Shown here in pieces: positions 39,907 to 49,973 of a DNA stretch of 64,000 nucleotides. A model generated the notes under the pieces. It made no database searches. It had not been told where the DNA came from and saw only the letters and a program-made list of their open reading frames with translations. The DNA comes from an uncultured delta proteobacterium (GTDB lineage: Bacteria > Desulfobacterota > Desulfobaccia > Desulfobaccales > 0-14-0-80-60-11): contig CAWIDL010000032.1 in assembly GCA_963834795.1 (NCBI GenBank), positions 34,979 through 98,978 on the forward strand, read 5' to 3'. Position 1 is the stretch's first letter. Every line of letters begins with the position of its first letter. The translations under genes were made by a program, and so were the position numbers.

Positions 39907-42900
39907 ATGGTGGATAGATTCGATGTGGGAATGGACGTTGGTTCGGTTAGCCTCAACCTGGTGGTGCTGGATGGTCAAGGGCAGGTGATTCTGGAAGAGT
40001 ATCTCCGTCACCTGGGGGACCCCTACCGCAGCGCCCTTAACCTCCTGGAATCCCTGGAAGCTCAGTTTCCGGCCGGGCGCTGCGGCCTGGCCGCCTTCAC
40101 CGGCATAGGCGGCAAGGTCCTGGCTGGGATCCTGGGCGGCCTCTTCGTCAACGAAGTCATCGCCCTGGGATGGGGGACGCACCATTTCCTACCTAAGGCC
40201 CGCACCATCATTGACATTGGGGGAGAGAGCGCCAAGATGGTTCTGGTGGCCGAAGTTAACGGCCATCTGGTGATCCAGGACTTCGCCATGAACACCATGT
40301 GCGCCGCGGGCACCGGCTCCTTTCTGGATCAGCAGGCCCATCGCCTGGGCTACAGCATCGAGGAATTTAGCCAACTGGCCCTGAAGTCCACTACCCCGCC
40401 CCGAGTGGCCGGGCGCTGCAGCGTCTTTGCCAAGACGGACATGATCCACCTGCAGCAGGGGGCCACCCCGGACTTTGAGATCATCGCCGGCCTCTGCCGG
40501 GCCATGGGCCGCAATTTAAAAAGCAATATCGGCAAGGGCAAAACTATCACCCCGCCGGTGGCCTTTCAGGGAGGAGTGGCCCACAACCTGGGGGTGCGCC
40601 AGGCCTTCCGCCAGGTCTTCGGCCTGGATGAAACCGGCCTCCTCATCCCGCCCCACTTCTGCAGCCTGGGCGCGGTGGGCGCGGTCCTGGTGGCCCGGGA
40701 AAACCCGCCGCCCCATTTCACCCTGGATCTTTCGCCCCTGCGCCGGCACCTGCAGGAGGAATCCGAGCCGACCCGGCATCTTCCGCCCCTCTCACCGCCG
40801 CCGCTCCTGGGGCCGGACCACTACCAGGTGGAGGAGATCCCGCCGGGCCGGGTGGCGGAAGGCTACCTGGGTGTCGATGTGGGCTCCATCAGCACCAACG
40901 TGGTGGTCATCGACTCCCAGGGCCGGGTCCTGGCCCGGGAGTATCTGATGACCGCGGGCCGGCCCCTGGAGGCCATCACCGAGGGCCTGCGCCGGGTAGG
41001 CGCCAGGATCGGGGACCGGGTCCGGATCCTGGGGGCGGCTACCACCGGCTCCGGTCGCTACCTCACCGGAGACTTCATCGGCGCCGACGTGGTACGCAAC
41101 GAGATCACCGCCCAGGCCACTGCGGCCGCGGCCATCGACCCGGAGGTGGACACCATCTTCGAGATCGGCGGCCAGGACTCCAAGTTCATCTCCCTGAGCA
41201 ATGGCGCCATCGTCGACTTCATGATGAACAAGGTGTGCGCCGCGGGCACCGGCTCCTACCTGGAGGAGCAGGCGGAGAAACTGGGCATCTCCATCCGGGA
41301 AGAGTTTGGCAGCCTGGCCCTGCAATCCAACAACCCGGTGCGCCTGGGGGAACGCTGCACCGTATTCATGGAATCGGACATCGTCCACCATCAGCAGCGG
41401 GGCGCCGCCAAGGAGGACCTGGTATCGGGCCTCTCCTACTCCATTGTTCAGAACTACCTGAACAAGGTGGCCGAGGACCGCCCCATCGGCAAACGCATCT
41501 TCTACCAGGGGGCCACCGCGGCCAACCGCGGCATTGTGGCGGCCTTCCAGCAGGTCTGCGGCAAGCCCATCACCGTGCCGCCCCACCACGACGTCACCGG
41601 GGCCATCGGTGCGGCGCTGTTGGCCATGCGGGAGCGGGACTGGGAAACCTCCAAATTCAAGGGCTTCGACCTGGCCGACCGCCAGTATCGCATAACTTCC
41701 TTTGAGTGCCAGGGCTGCGCCAACCACTGCGAGATTCGCCAGGTGCAGATCGAGGGGGAACAGCCCTTGTTCTACGGCAGCCGCTGCGAAAAATACGAAG
41801 TCGCCGCCTCCCGCAAGAAGGTGGACCTGGTTGACCTGTTGGCAGAGCGGGAAGCCTGGCTCTACGGGCCCGAGCCCCCCCAGGAAGGCAAGCAGGGCGC
41901 CATCGGCATCCCCCGCACTATGTTCTTCCAGGAGCTCATGCCATTTTTCCGGGCCTTTTTCGAGGACCTGGGCTTCACCGTGGTCTATTCCCAGAAGACC
42001 AACAAGTCAGTGATCAATGAGGGGATGGAGGCCCTGGCGGCGGAGCCCTGCTATCCGGTGAAGGTGGCCCACGGCCACCTCCTGGACCTTCTCAAGGCCG
42101 GGGTGCAGCGCATCTTCCTGCCCAGCGTCATCGACATGCCCCACCCCGACCCGGAGGTGCGGGCCGGGGTGGTCTGCCCCATGGCCCAGTCCCTGTGCTA
42201 CACCGCGCCCAGCGCCATCGATTTTGCCGCCTACGGCGCCAGGGTCCTCACCCCGGTGCTCTATTTCGGCCGGGGGGAGAAGCGGCTGCGCCAGGGACTG
42301 CGGAGTCTGGGGAGAGAATTGGAAGTCTCCCCCTTCCGGGTGAATCGGGCCATGAAAAAGGCCATCGCCGCCCAACAAACCTACTATAACCGCCTCCACG
42401 CCCGGGGCCGGGAGATCCTGGAGTCGCTTCCGCCTGACGGCCGCCTCATGGTCCTCATCGGCCGCCCCTATAACGCCTTCGACCCGGGAATGAACCTCAA
42501 TCTGCACCGCAAGCTGCGGCAGTTGGGGGTCTTAGCCCTGCCCATGGATTTCCTGCCGGTGGACCAGGTCCAGGACCTGGACGAAATCAAGCCCATGTAC
42601 TGGCGGTTCGGCCAAAAGATCCTGGGGGTTGCGGAGCACATCCGCCGGGATCCGCGGCTTTACGGCATCTTCATCACCAACTTCGGCTGCGGCCCCGATT
42701 CCTTCATCCAGCACTTCTTCAAGGATCGCATGCGGGGCAAGCCCTACCTGGAGATCGAAATCGACGAACACTCCTCCGACGTGGGGGCCATCACCCGCCT
42801 GGAGGCCTTTCTGGACAGCCTGAAGAACGTCAAGGTGGCGCCGGCCGCGGAGAAGCTCTCCCCCTATCGCTACCGCGTGACCGGCTCTCTGAAACGCAAG

Positions 42901-44079
42901 ATTTATCTGCCACCCATGACCGACCAGGCCCTGGCCCTGGTGGCAGCCTTCCAGGCCTGCGGCGGAGAGGCCGAGGCCTTGCCGGACTCCGACGAAGAGA
43001 CCCTGGAGCTGGGCCGCCGCCTCACCTCGGGCAAGGAGTGCTATCCCCTGATCCTCACCACCGGTGACCTGGCCAAGCTTCTGCGCCGCCCGGATTTCGA
43101 TCCCGACCGCAGCGCCTTCTTTATGCCCGCGGCCAACGGCCCCTGCCGCTTCGGCCAGTACCACCGCTTCCACCGCCTCATCCTGGACGAGTTGGGCTAC
43201 CCCCAGGTTCCGGTCTATTCTCCGGATCAAAGCGAAACCATGTATCAGGAAGTCGGCATGGTGGGGCAAGACTACGCCCGTATCGTCTGGAACGGCGTGG
43301 TGGCCATCGACCTTTTGGAGAAGAAACTCCGGGAGGTCCGGCCCTATGAACGTTATGCCGGCGAATCCGACAAAGTCTATAAGCACTACTTACAAAAAAC
43401 CTTTGAAACGGTCCGGGACCGGCAAGACCTGCCGGCCGTGCTCCGCCATGCCCGAGGCGCCTTCGAGGACCTGGCCATGCAAACCAATGGCCGCAAACCC
43501 ATCGTCGGCATCGTGGGCGAGATCTATACCCGGGCCAACAAGTTCTCCAACGAAAACGCGGTGCGGGAGATCGAGGCCCTGGGAGGCGAGGTCTGGATGC
43601 CGCCCATCGGAGAGTGGCTCCTCTACGTTACCCACTCCTCCCGCCATGACGCCTGGACCGCCCGGCATTACGGCCGCTACCTGAAGTTTTGCCTGGAGGA
43701 CCGGGTGCAGAAAAAGGTGGAGCACCGCCTGGAAGAGATCTTCCACGGCAGCATCAAGAACCTGCGGGAGCCCTCCATCGCCGAAGTCCTGGAAATGGCC
43801 AAAGATTACCTGCACCCCTCCTTCGAAGGCGAGGCCATCCTGAGCATGGGCAAATCCCGGGATTTCGTGCGCAAGGGGGCCGCGGGGCTGGTGAACATCA
43901 TGCCCTTCACCTGCATGCCCGGCACCGTGGTCAACTCCCTGCTCAAACGCTTCCGGGAGGACCACGACAACATCCCCTTCCTCAACCTGGCCTATGACGG
44001 CCAGGAACAGAGCCATACCCGCACCCGCCTCGAAGCCTTCATGTACCAGGTGCGCCAGTTCCGCGAACGGCGGAAGTAG
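39907..44079 (+). CDS. CoA-substrate-specific enzyme activase fusion (2x BadF/BcrAD ATPase + DUF2229 + 2-hydroxyacyl-CoA dehydratase-like domains), about 1390 aa
   Basis: GMDVGSVS...IDIGGESAK...MNTMCAAGTGSFL; GVDVGSIST...FEIGGQDSK...MNKVCAAGTGSYL; CQGCANHC; CYPVKVAHGH; NFGCGPDS; GPCRFGQY; MPFTCMPG. Confidence 0.9.
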   Translation: MVDRFDVGMDVGSVSLNLVVLDGQGQVILEEYLRHLGDPYRSALNLLESLEAQFPAGRCGLAAFTGIGGKVLAGILGGLFVNEVIALGWGTHHFLPKARTIIDIGGESAKMVLVAEVNGHLVIQDFAMNTMCAAGTGSFLDQQAHRLGYSIEEFSQLALKSTTPPRVAGRCSVFAKTDMIHLQQGATPDFEIIAGLCRAMGRNLKSNIGKGKTITPPVAFQGGVAHNLGVRQAFRQVFGLDETGLLIPPHFCSLGAVGAVLVARENPPPHFTLDLSPLRRHLQEESEPTRHLPPLSPPPLLGPDHYQVEEIPPGRVAEGYLGVDVGSISTNVVVIDSQGRVLAREYLMTAGRPLEAITEGLRRVGARIGDRVRILGAATTGSGRYLTGDFIGADVVRNEITAQATAAAAIDPEVDTIFEIGGQDSKFISLSNGAIVDFMMNKVCAAGTGSYLEEQAEKLGISIREEFGSLALQSNNPVRLGERCTVFMESDIVHHQQRGAAKEDLVSGLSYSIVQNYLNKVAEDRPIGKRIFYQGATAANRGIVAAFQQVCGKPITVPPHHDVTGAIGAALLAMRERDWETSKFKGFDLADRQYRITSFECQGCANHCEIRQVQIEGEQPLFYGSRCEKYEVAASRKKVDLVDLLAEREAWLYGPEPPQEGKQGAIGIPRTMFFQELMPFFRAFFEDLGFTVVYSQKTNKSVINEGMEALAAEPCYPVKVAHGHLLDLLKAGVQRIFLPSVIDMPHPDPEVRAGVVCPMAQSLCYTAPSAIDFAAYGARVLTPVLYFGRGEKRLRQGLRSLGRELEVSPFRVNRAMKKAIAAQQTYYNRLHARGREILESLPPDGRLMVLIGRPYNAFDPGMNLNLHRKLRQLGVLALPMDFLPVDQVQDLDEIKPMYWRFGQKILGVAEHIRRDPRLYGIFITNFGCGPDSFIQHFFKDRMRGKPYLEIEIDEHSSDVGAITRLEAFLDSLKNVKVAPAAEKLSPYRYRVTGSLKRKIYLPPMTDQALALVAAFQACGGEAEALPDSDEETLELGRRLTSGKECYPLILTTGDLAKLLRRPDFDPDRSAFFMPAANGPCRFGQYHRFHRLILDELGYPQVPVYSPDQSETMYQEVGMVGQDYARIVWNGVVAIDLLEKKLREVRPYERYAGESDKVYKHYLQKTFETVRDRQDLPAVLRHARGAFEDLAMQTNGRKPIVGIVGEIYTRANKFSNENAVREIEALGGEVWMPPIGEWLLYVTHSSRHDAWTARHYGRYLKFCLEDRVQKKVEHRLEEIFHGSIKNLREPSIAEVLEMAKDYLHPSFEGEAILSMGKSRDFVRKGAAGLVNIMPFTCMPGTVVNSLLKRFREDHDNIPFLNLAYDGQEQSHTRTRLEAFMYQVRQFRERRK

Positions 44080-44271
44080 GGAAGAAAGGCAGAAATAACT
44101 TGGGGGAAGGTGCTAGGGGGCCGACGGCCGCTTACAATCCTTCCCCCAAACCCCCATCCCCAACCCCCATAAATTGTGGGGCACGGCGAGCCGTGCCCCT
44201 TGAAATTTTGTTGTAGGGTGCGCACTGCGCGCACCAAATAGATTTTATGGCATATCAGTCACTGGCCGTTC

Positions 44272-44637
44272 CTAAGAGGACTTGAGGATGAAGGTTCCGG
44301 AAATTGAAGCCCGTAGGGCGGGAAAGCGAAGCGCATCCCGCCTTTGGCATTCTGAAAGCCTTGCCCCTCTGGAAATTTGTGCTGCAAATCGTGCTTTGAT
44401 ATCATGCCAGCGGGCGGAAAAATCCGCATCCCCGCAAGGCAAAGTCCAGATGCAATGCAGGTGATCGGGCAAAATAACGATGGCCTCGATCGTAAATGGT
44501 CGGCGTCGGCGGGCCGCCTTGAACACCCCCCGAAGGTTATCAATGTTTTCGGTCAAGAGTTTCCGGCGGCGTTCCAGCAGCGTGACCGTGAAGAAGAACG
44601 TGCCGCCGGGAACAAAGGCGCGGTTATATTGGGGCAT
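44272..44637 (-). pseudogene. 3'-truncated REP-associated tyrosine transposase (RAYT/TnpA-REP)
   Basis: YNRAFVPGGTFFFTV, ILPDHLHCIW (HUH), DFSARW; runs into the REP before the WQxRF and catalytic YxxxNP motifs. Confidence 0.88.
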
Positions 44638-44702
44638 AAGTCAGGCCTTACCCAATTGCCGATTTCTGAAGGCGGGATGCGCTTCGCTTTCCCGCCCTAC
44701 GG
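44311..44702. mobile_element. REP-flanked RAYT remnant: perfect 34-bp inverted repeats at 44311-44344 and 44669-44702
   Basis: CCGTAGGGCGGGAAAGCGAAGCGCATCCCGCCTT and its exact reverse complement. Confidence 0.9.
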
Positions 44703-44908
44703 CAAAAAATATGGACCAGTAAGTTTACACAATATCTCTATAACAAAAATCGCCCACGGCAAACTCACTGCTTTATCTGCGCAGCTTCAACCAAAATAAG
44801 CGATTTTCTATCTGGGTTTCATATCTAAATTTCAGAGCATACCGGTTTTTAAATTTTCGTCCTGCATCCCAAACCTAATCTGACTCCGATTTGCCGAAGG
44901 TCTGCGCC

Positions 44909-45477
44909 TCAAATCCGCCGGGCATTATCTTCCGGATAACGATATTCCATGTGCCTCGCCGTGGCCCGGGCCACACCCTCGCCGTAATAACGCTCCACCA
45001 CCTTCAGGGCCAGGTCCAGGCCCGCGGCGATGCCCGCCGAAGTGAGCAGGTTTCCATCCTCCACTACGTGCAGTTGTTCCTCCACGGTCACCAATGGGAA
45101 GGACTCCCGCAACACCTTAAGGGAGCGCCAGTGGGTGGTGGCCCGGCGCCCGTCCAGCAGTCCTGCCTGCCCCTGCGGGCGAGCCAATCAATGAGGGTTT
45201 CATTCTGCATCTGCCGCCGCGTGCCCCAGCCGCCGGGCACCACCAGAATATCCAGGGGCGGGCAGGCCGCCAGGGCGCAGTCGGGGAGCACCCGCATCCC
45301 CGCGGCGGTGGCGATCGCCTCCTCCCGCTCCGCCACCAGCAGCACCTGGAAGGGGGAAGGCTCTTCCCGACGCCGGGCCTCATCCAACCGGGTGACGGTA
45401 AAGACCTCGTAGGGTCCGCAAAAATCCAGGACTTCCACTTCCGGAAAAATGACGATGCCCACCCGCTTGCGCTTCAT
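44909..45477 (-). pseudogene. DJ-1/PfpI family protein with internal deletion and frameshift
   Basis: N-half (VGIVIFPEVEVLDFCGPYEVF...VVPGGWG...RRGRQ) and C-half (AGLLDGRRATTHW...TSAGIAAGLD) are in different frames; the SVCTG segment is absent; junction at about 45162-45176. Confidence 0.85.
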
Positions 45478-45748
45478 CTGCTTATCCCTTTCTTTGAGGC
45501 CTGGCCCTTGATGCAAACAAATCCCCTCTCCCCTCGCCGGTAGGGGCGGCGTTTCGGGTGGGGCAGGCGTCCCTGCCTGCCCTGGTTGGCGGGCACGGAG
45601 GCCCGCCCCACCTAGCGGCGGGGGGATTTTTTGTAAGGGATAGGGTGCGGGGTGGCTTCGCATGGTTTTTCGTAGGGGCCGACCCACGTGTCCGCCCTGT
45701 AGGGGCGGGTTTAAAACCCGCCCCTACAAGACCGTCCATTACCCCCCC

Positions 45749-46531
45749 TCACTTCCCCCGAAAAACCGGCTTCCTTTTCTCCAGGAAGGCCATCAGCCCC
45801 TCCTGATAGTCCTCACTGTCATAGACCAGCCGCCGCAGGCCCTGGATGCGCTCAAAGGTCTCCGGGCTCAGGGGCAGGGCGTTGGCCAGCAGGCGGAACT
45901 GCTCCTTGATCACCGAGATGCTGAGGGGAGAATTCCCGGCGATCTCCCGGGCCAGGGTATAGGTGAAATCCTCCAGTTCCGCGGCCGGCACCAGGTGATT
46001 GAGAAGGCCGACCCTGAGGGCCCGCTCCGCCGCCACCGGCTGGGCGGTGAAAAACATCTCCCGGGCCATGTTTAGGCCTATCATGTTGATAATGTGCAGG
46101 ATGCCGGTGGGGTTATAGGGAACTCCCAGGTGGGCCGGAGTTATGGCAAAGGAAGTCTTCTCGGTGCCGATGAGGATGTCGCAGACAAAGGCCAGCTCGC
46201 AGGCGCCCCCCCAGACGCTGCCCTCCAGCATGGCGATCACCGGCGCCGGACAGCGCTGAATGGCACGGATGGCCTGCTCCAGCGGATCGTTGTAGGACAG
46301 CGGATCCCGCCCTTGCTTGGGTAATTCGCTGACGTCGTGACCCGCGGACCAGATCGCCGCCCCCGGATTGGCCCGCAAGATGACAACCCGGGCCGGATGG
46401 TAAATCATGTCGTTCAGCGCCTTGATGAGTTCATGGATGAAATCCCCGCTCAAGGCGTTGCGCTTGCGATCATTATTGAAGGTGATGGTGCCGATGGTCT
46501 CGGATTGGAAATCCGCGGAAACCAGAGCCAT
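45749..46531 (-). CDS. scpB: Methylmalonyl-CoA decarboxylase, crotonase family (E. coli ScpB/YgfG-like)
   Basis: SAGHDVSELP.QGRDPLSYNDPL, GSVWGGA, LGVPYN, FERIQGLRRLVYDSEDYQEGL.AFLEKRKP; strongly resembles E. coli ScpB as recalled. Confidence 0.88.
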   Translation of the reverse strand: MALVSADFQSETIGTITFNNDRKRNALSGDFIHELIKALNDMIYHPARVVILRANPGAAIWSAGHDVSELPKQGRDPLSYNDPLEQAIRAIQRCPAPVIAMLEGSVWGGACELAFVCDILIGTEKTSFAITPAHLGVPYNPTGILHIINMIGLNMAREMFFTAQPVAAERALRVGLLNHLVPAAELEDFTYTLAREIAGNSPLSISVIKEQFRLLANALPLSPETFERIQGLRRLVYDSEDYQEGLMAFLEKRKPVFRGK

Positions 46532-46705
46532 GACTTGATCCTCCCTGAATAACACGGCCGGCATCCTGAGCTTCAGAGATGCCGCTCCCTGATAATATTT
46601 GCCATTTGCTCCCATAACTGATAGCATCGCGTGCGGTTCAGGTAAACAATTTAATCATCAGAAAAGAGCAAAACCATTCTCCATTGCCCCCATTGCGGTC
46701 AGGAG

Positions 46706-47434
46706 ATGCTGAAGACTGACAGTGTTTGTCCCAACTGCGGGCAGGCGGCGCCCAAGCTGCCCGGTGTGCCCGAGCCCACCACCAGACGTACCACTTCTTC
46801 TCTGCCACTGGGGGAATACCTGAAGACGGGCTGGGAGCTGTTTAAACGCTATCCCGGAGGGTTTATCGGCTTCTCCCTGGTCTACTTCCTGATTCAAATC
46901 GCCTTAGCCATCATCCCCTTCCTCGGCTGGGTGGCCAGCGGCGCAGTCTCCCCGGTGCTGCTGATAGGGTACTTTATCGTCAGCGCCAAGATGCTGCAGG
47001 GCTGCAGCCCTCAATTCAGCGATTTCTTCCTGGGCTTCCGGTTCTTCGTCCCCCTGCTGCTGACGGGCCTGGTGGGAGGGCTGCTCACCGGGATCGGCAC
47101 GCTGTTCCTGATTATTCCCGGTGTCTATTTAATGGTGAGCTACCTCTTCGCTACCTCTCTGGTGGTGGATCGCCGCCTCGATTTCTGGCCGGCCCTCGAG
47201 TTGAGCCGGGGCGCGGTCAACCCCATCTGGTTCGGCATGTTTGGCTTCTTCCTGCTGCTGGTGCTGGTCAACCTGTTAGGCGTCATCGCCTTATTCGTCG
47301 GCCTTCTGGTCAGCGTACCGGTCACCTGCTGCGCCGTAACCGCCGCCTATGCCGACCTCTTCGGCTTGCAATCCGATTATTCCGAGGGTTTCCCGGATAA
47401 CCTCGCTCCAGAATCGGGAATATCCGCCCAATGA
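46706..47434 (+). CDS. Integral membrane protein (DUF975-like) with N-terminal CxxC
   Basis: CPNCG; 4-5 hydrophobic helices; IIPGVYL.VSY.FA..LVVDRRLDFWPALELSR. Confidence 0.75.
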   Translation: MLKTDSVCPNCGQAAPKLPGVPEPTTRRTTSSLPLGEYLKTGWELFKRYPGGFIGFSLVYFLIQIALAIIPFLGWVASGAVSPVLLIGYFIVSAKMLQGCSPQFSDFFLGFRFFVPLLLTGLVGGLLTGIGTLFLIIPGVYLMVSYLFATSLVVDRRLDFWPALELSRGAVNPIWFGMFGFFLLLVLVNLLGVIALFVGLLVSVPVTCCAVTAAYADLFGLQSDYSEGFPDNLAPESGISAQ

Positions 47435-47494
47435 CCTCTGGGTTAAAAAAAGCTCTCCAACGGATAATTAGCCAAATCTTTCGTCAATTTTCTT

Positions 47495-49758
47495 ATGTCG
47501 GCAGCGCCTGCCTCCATTAAGACCGGTCCAGAAGCCGCCGATCTCTGGGAAGTGGCGGTGGCCCTACCCCTGGCCCAGACCCTCACTTATCGGCGGCCGC
47601 CGGAGCTGGCGGCCGCGGGGGTGGGAAGCCTGGTGCAGGCGCCGGTGGGGCGGCAGACGGTGACCGGTTACCTCCTGGCCCCGGCGATGCAGGCCCCGCC
47701 GGTTAAGCTGCGGCGCCTCAAGAAGCTGCTGGACCACGTCCCCCGCTTCGGCCCGGAGATGGTGCCCCTGTTCCGCTGGCTGGCCGACTATTATCAGTAT
47801 CCCCTGGGGGAGGCCCTGAGCCGTATCATCCCCGGGGGGGCCCGGCCTTCCGGGGGCCGCCAGGAGACCTGGGTTGCCCCGGTTCCGCCGGCGGCGGCGC
47901 CGCCCCTGCCGCGCCTGCGGCCCCGAAGCCGGGCGTTGCTGGCCCATTTGCAGGAAGCCGGAGCAGCAGTTGCCGTAAGCGACCTGCGGCCGCTGTTTCC
48001 CGGATGCCTGCCGGTCCTGCGCCGCCTGGAGACCAGGGGCCTGGTGGTTCTCTCCCGGCGCCCCGCCTTGCAAGACCCCCTTGAGAGTCACCCCTGGATT
48101 CCGGAAGAAGCTCTCCTGCCCCTGGCGCCGGAGCAAGAGCTGGCCCTCACTGCCATTATCCGGGGGATCGCCTCCGGTTCCTTCTCCCCCTTTCTGTTGC
48201 ACGGGGTAACCGCCAGCGGCAAGACCGAGGTCTACCTGGCGGCGGCGGCCCAGGCCCTGGCCCGGGGGCGCCAGGTCCTGGTGCTGCTGCCGGAGATCGC
48301 CCTGAGCCACCCGGTGGCCCAGGCCTTCCGGCGCCGCTTCGGGCCTCGGGTCACCTTGCTGCACAGTGGCCTCTCCGAGGCCGCCCGCCTGGACCAGTGG
48401 CGCCGCGTCATGCTGGGAGAAGTGGACGTGGTGGTGGGAGCCCGCTCCGCGGTCTTCGCCCCCTTGCCCCGCCTGGGCCTGGTGGTGGTGGACGAGGAGC
48501 ACGACTCCGCCTACAAGCAGGAAGGCGGCCTGCTCTACCAGGCCCGGGACGTGGCCCTCTACCGGGCCAAGCTGGCGGCCGCGGCCGCGGTGCTGGTCTC
48601 CGCCACCCCCCAGATAACCACCTATCACCTGGCCCGCACCGGCAAATATCGCTATCTCAACCTGTCCCGCCGGGTCACCCCCCAGGCCTTGCCGGAGATT
48701 CACCTTGTCGATCTGCGGGCCCAGCGGGGGGGGGACGGGCCATGAAGATCATCTCCCGGCCATTGCTGACTGCCCTGGAAGGGGTGTTATCCCGGGGGGA
48801 GCAGGCCCTGCTCTTCTTAAACCGCCGGGGCTATGCCCGGGCCCTTTTTTGCCTGTTTTGCGGCCACGTCTTCCAGTGCCGCCAGTGCAGCGTGGCCATG
48901 ACCCGCCATCAAGTGGGAGAGGACCGCCTCATCTGCCACTACTGCGGCTTCAGCCAGGAGGTGCCGCAGAGCTGCCCCCAATGCCAGGCCACCGCCATCA
49001 AGCAATACGGGGTGGGCACCGAGAAGGTGGAGAGCGAACTGCGGCGCCTGCTGCCCGGGGCCCGGGTGGCCCGCCTGGACCGGGACACCGCCCCCCATAG
49101 CGGCCGGGCCCTCGCCGTGTTGGAGAGCTTTGCCGCCGGAGACCTTGACCTCCTGGTGGGCACCCAAATGATCGCCAAGGGCCACCATTTCCCCCGGGTC
49201 AGCCTGGTGGGGGTGGTGGCCGCGGATTTGAGCCTCTTTTTCCCCGAGTATCACGCCGGAGAGCGCACCTTCCAGCTTCTCTCCCAGGTGGCCGGCCGGG
49301 CAGGCCGGGGTGAGGCCCCCGGGAAGGTCCTGGTGCAAACCTTCCATCCGGAGCATTACCTCTTCCAACTGGTGCAGAGCCAGGATTGGGTCGGTTTCTA
49401 TGAACGGGAAATCGAGATTCGACGCCGGCTGGGCTATCCGCCCTTCACCCGTCTGGCCCTGGCTCGACTCGACGGCCCCTTCGAGGCGGCCGTGGCCCGG
49501 GAGGCCCAGCGACTGACGGTGGCCTTGAAAAGGGAAGTGGAGCGGGACGGCCAGCTGCGGTCCCGGGTGCAGGTGCTGGGGCCGGCCCCGGCGGGATTGA
49601 GCCGTCTTCAGGGCCGCTACCGCTGGCAGTTGCTCCTGAAAAGCTACGGCCGGCCAGCCTTGGCCACGGCCTTAGGCCACCTGCGCCGCCTCTTTCGCCC
49701 TCTTCCCCGAGCCCGCCTGAACCTTACCCTGGACATCGACCCCAATAATCTCTATTAA
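47495..49758 (+). CDS. priA: Primosomal protein N', split by a frameshift at G9 (48726-48734) into 47495-48745 and 48742-49758
   Basis: LHGVTASGKTEVY, LLPEIAL, VVDEEHD, SATP in part 1; FLNRRG, four CxxC pairs, GTEKVE, GTQMIAKG, QVAGRAGRG, PPFTRL in part 2. One extra G restores a single ORF. Confidence 0.9.
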
Positions 49759-49775
49759 GGGCGACGGATATTAGT

Positions 49776-49808
49776 CAGTTCCCAGTTGCCAGTTGCCAGT
49801 TGCCAGAC
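49776..49808. repeat. Heptamer array (CCAGTTG)n
   Basis: tcagttc ccagttg ccagttg ccagttg ccagact. Similar CGGTTTT-type arrays at 24203-24230, 52481-52505 and 57127-57150. Confidence 0.85.
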
Positions 49809-49973
49809 TGGACCTCTATCCCCATAATCTCTATTAAGGGCGCCCCTACTTCCATAAACCACGCCTTTTCATGCGGTTTTGTAGGGGCGGCCTGTGGCCG
49901 CCCGTTATCTGGCCCCGCCCATGAACCGCGGCCTTTGCCTGCGGGCGGGAGTTGCCTCCTGACCCGCGTGCTT

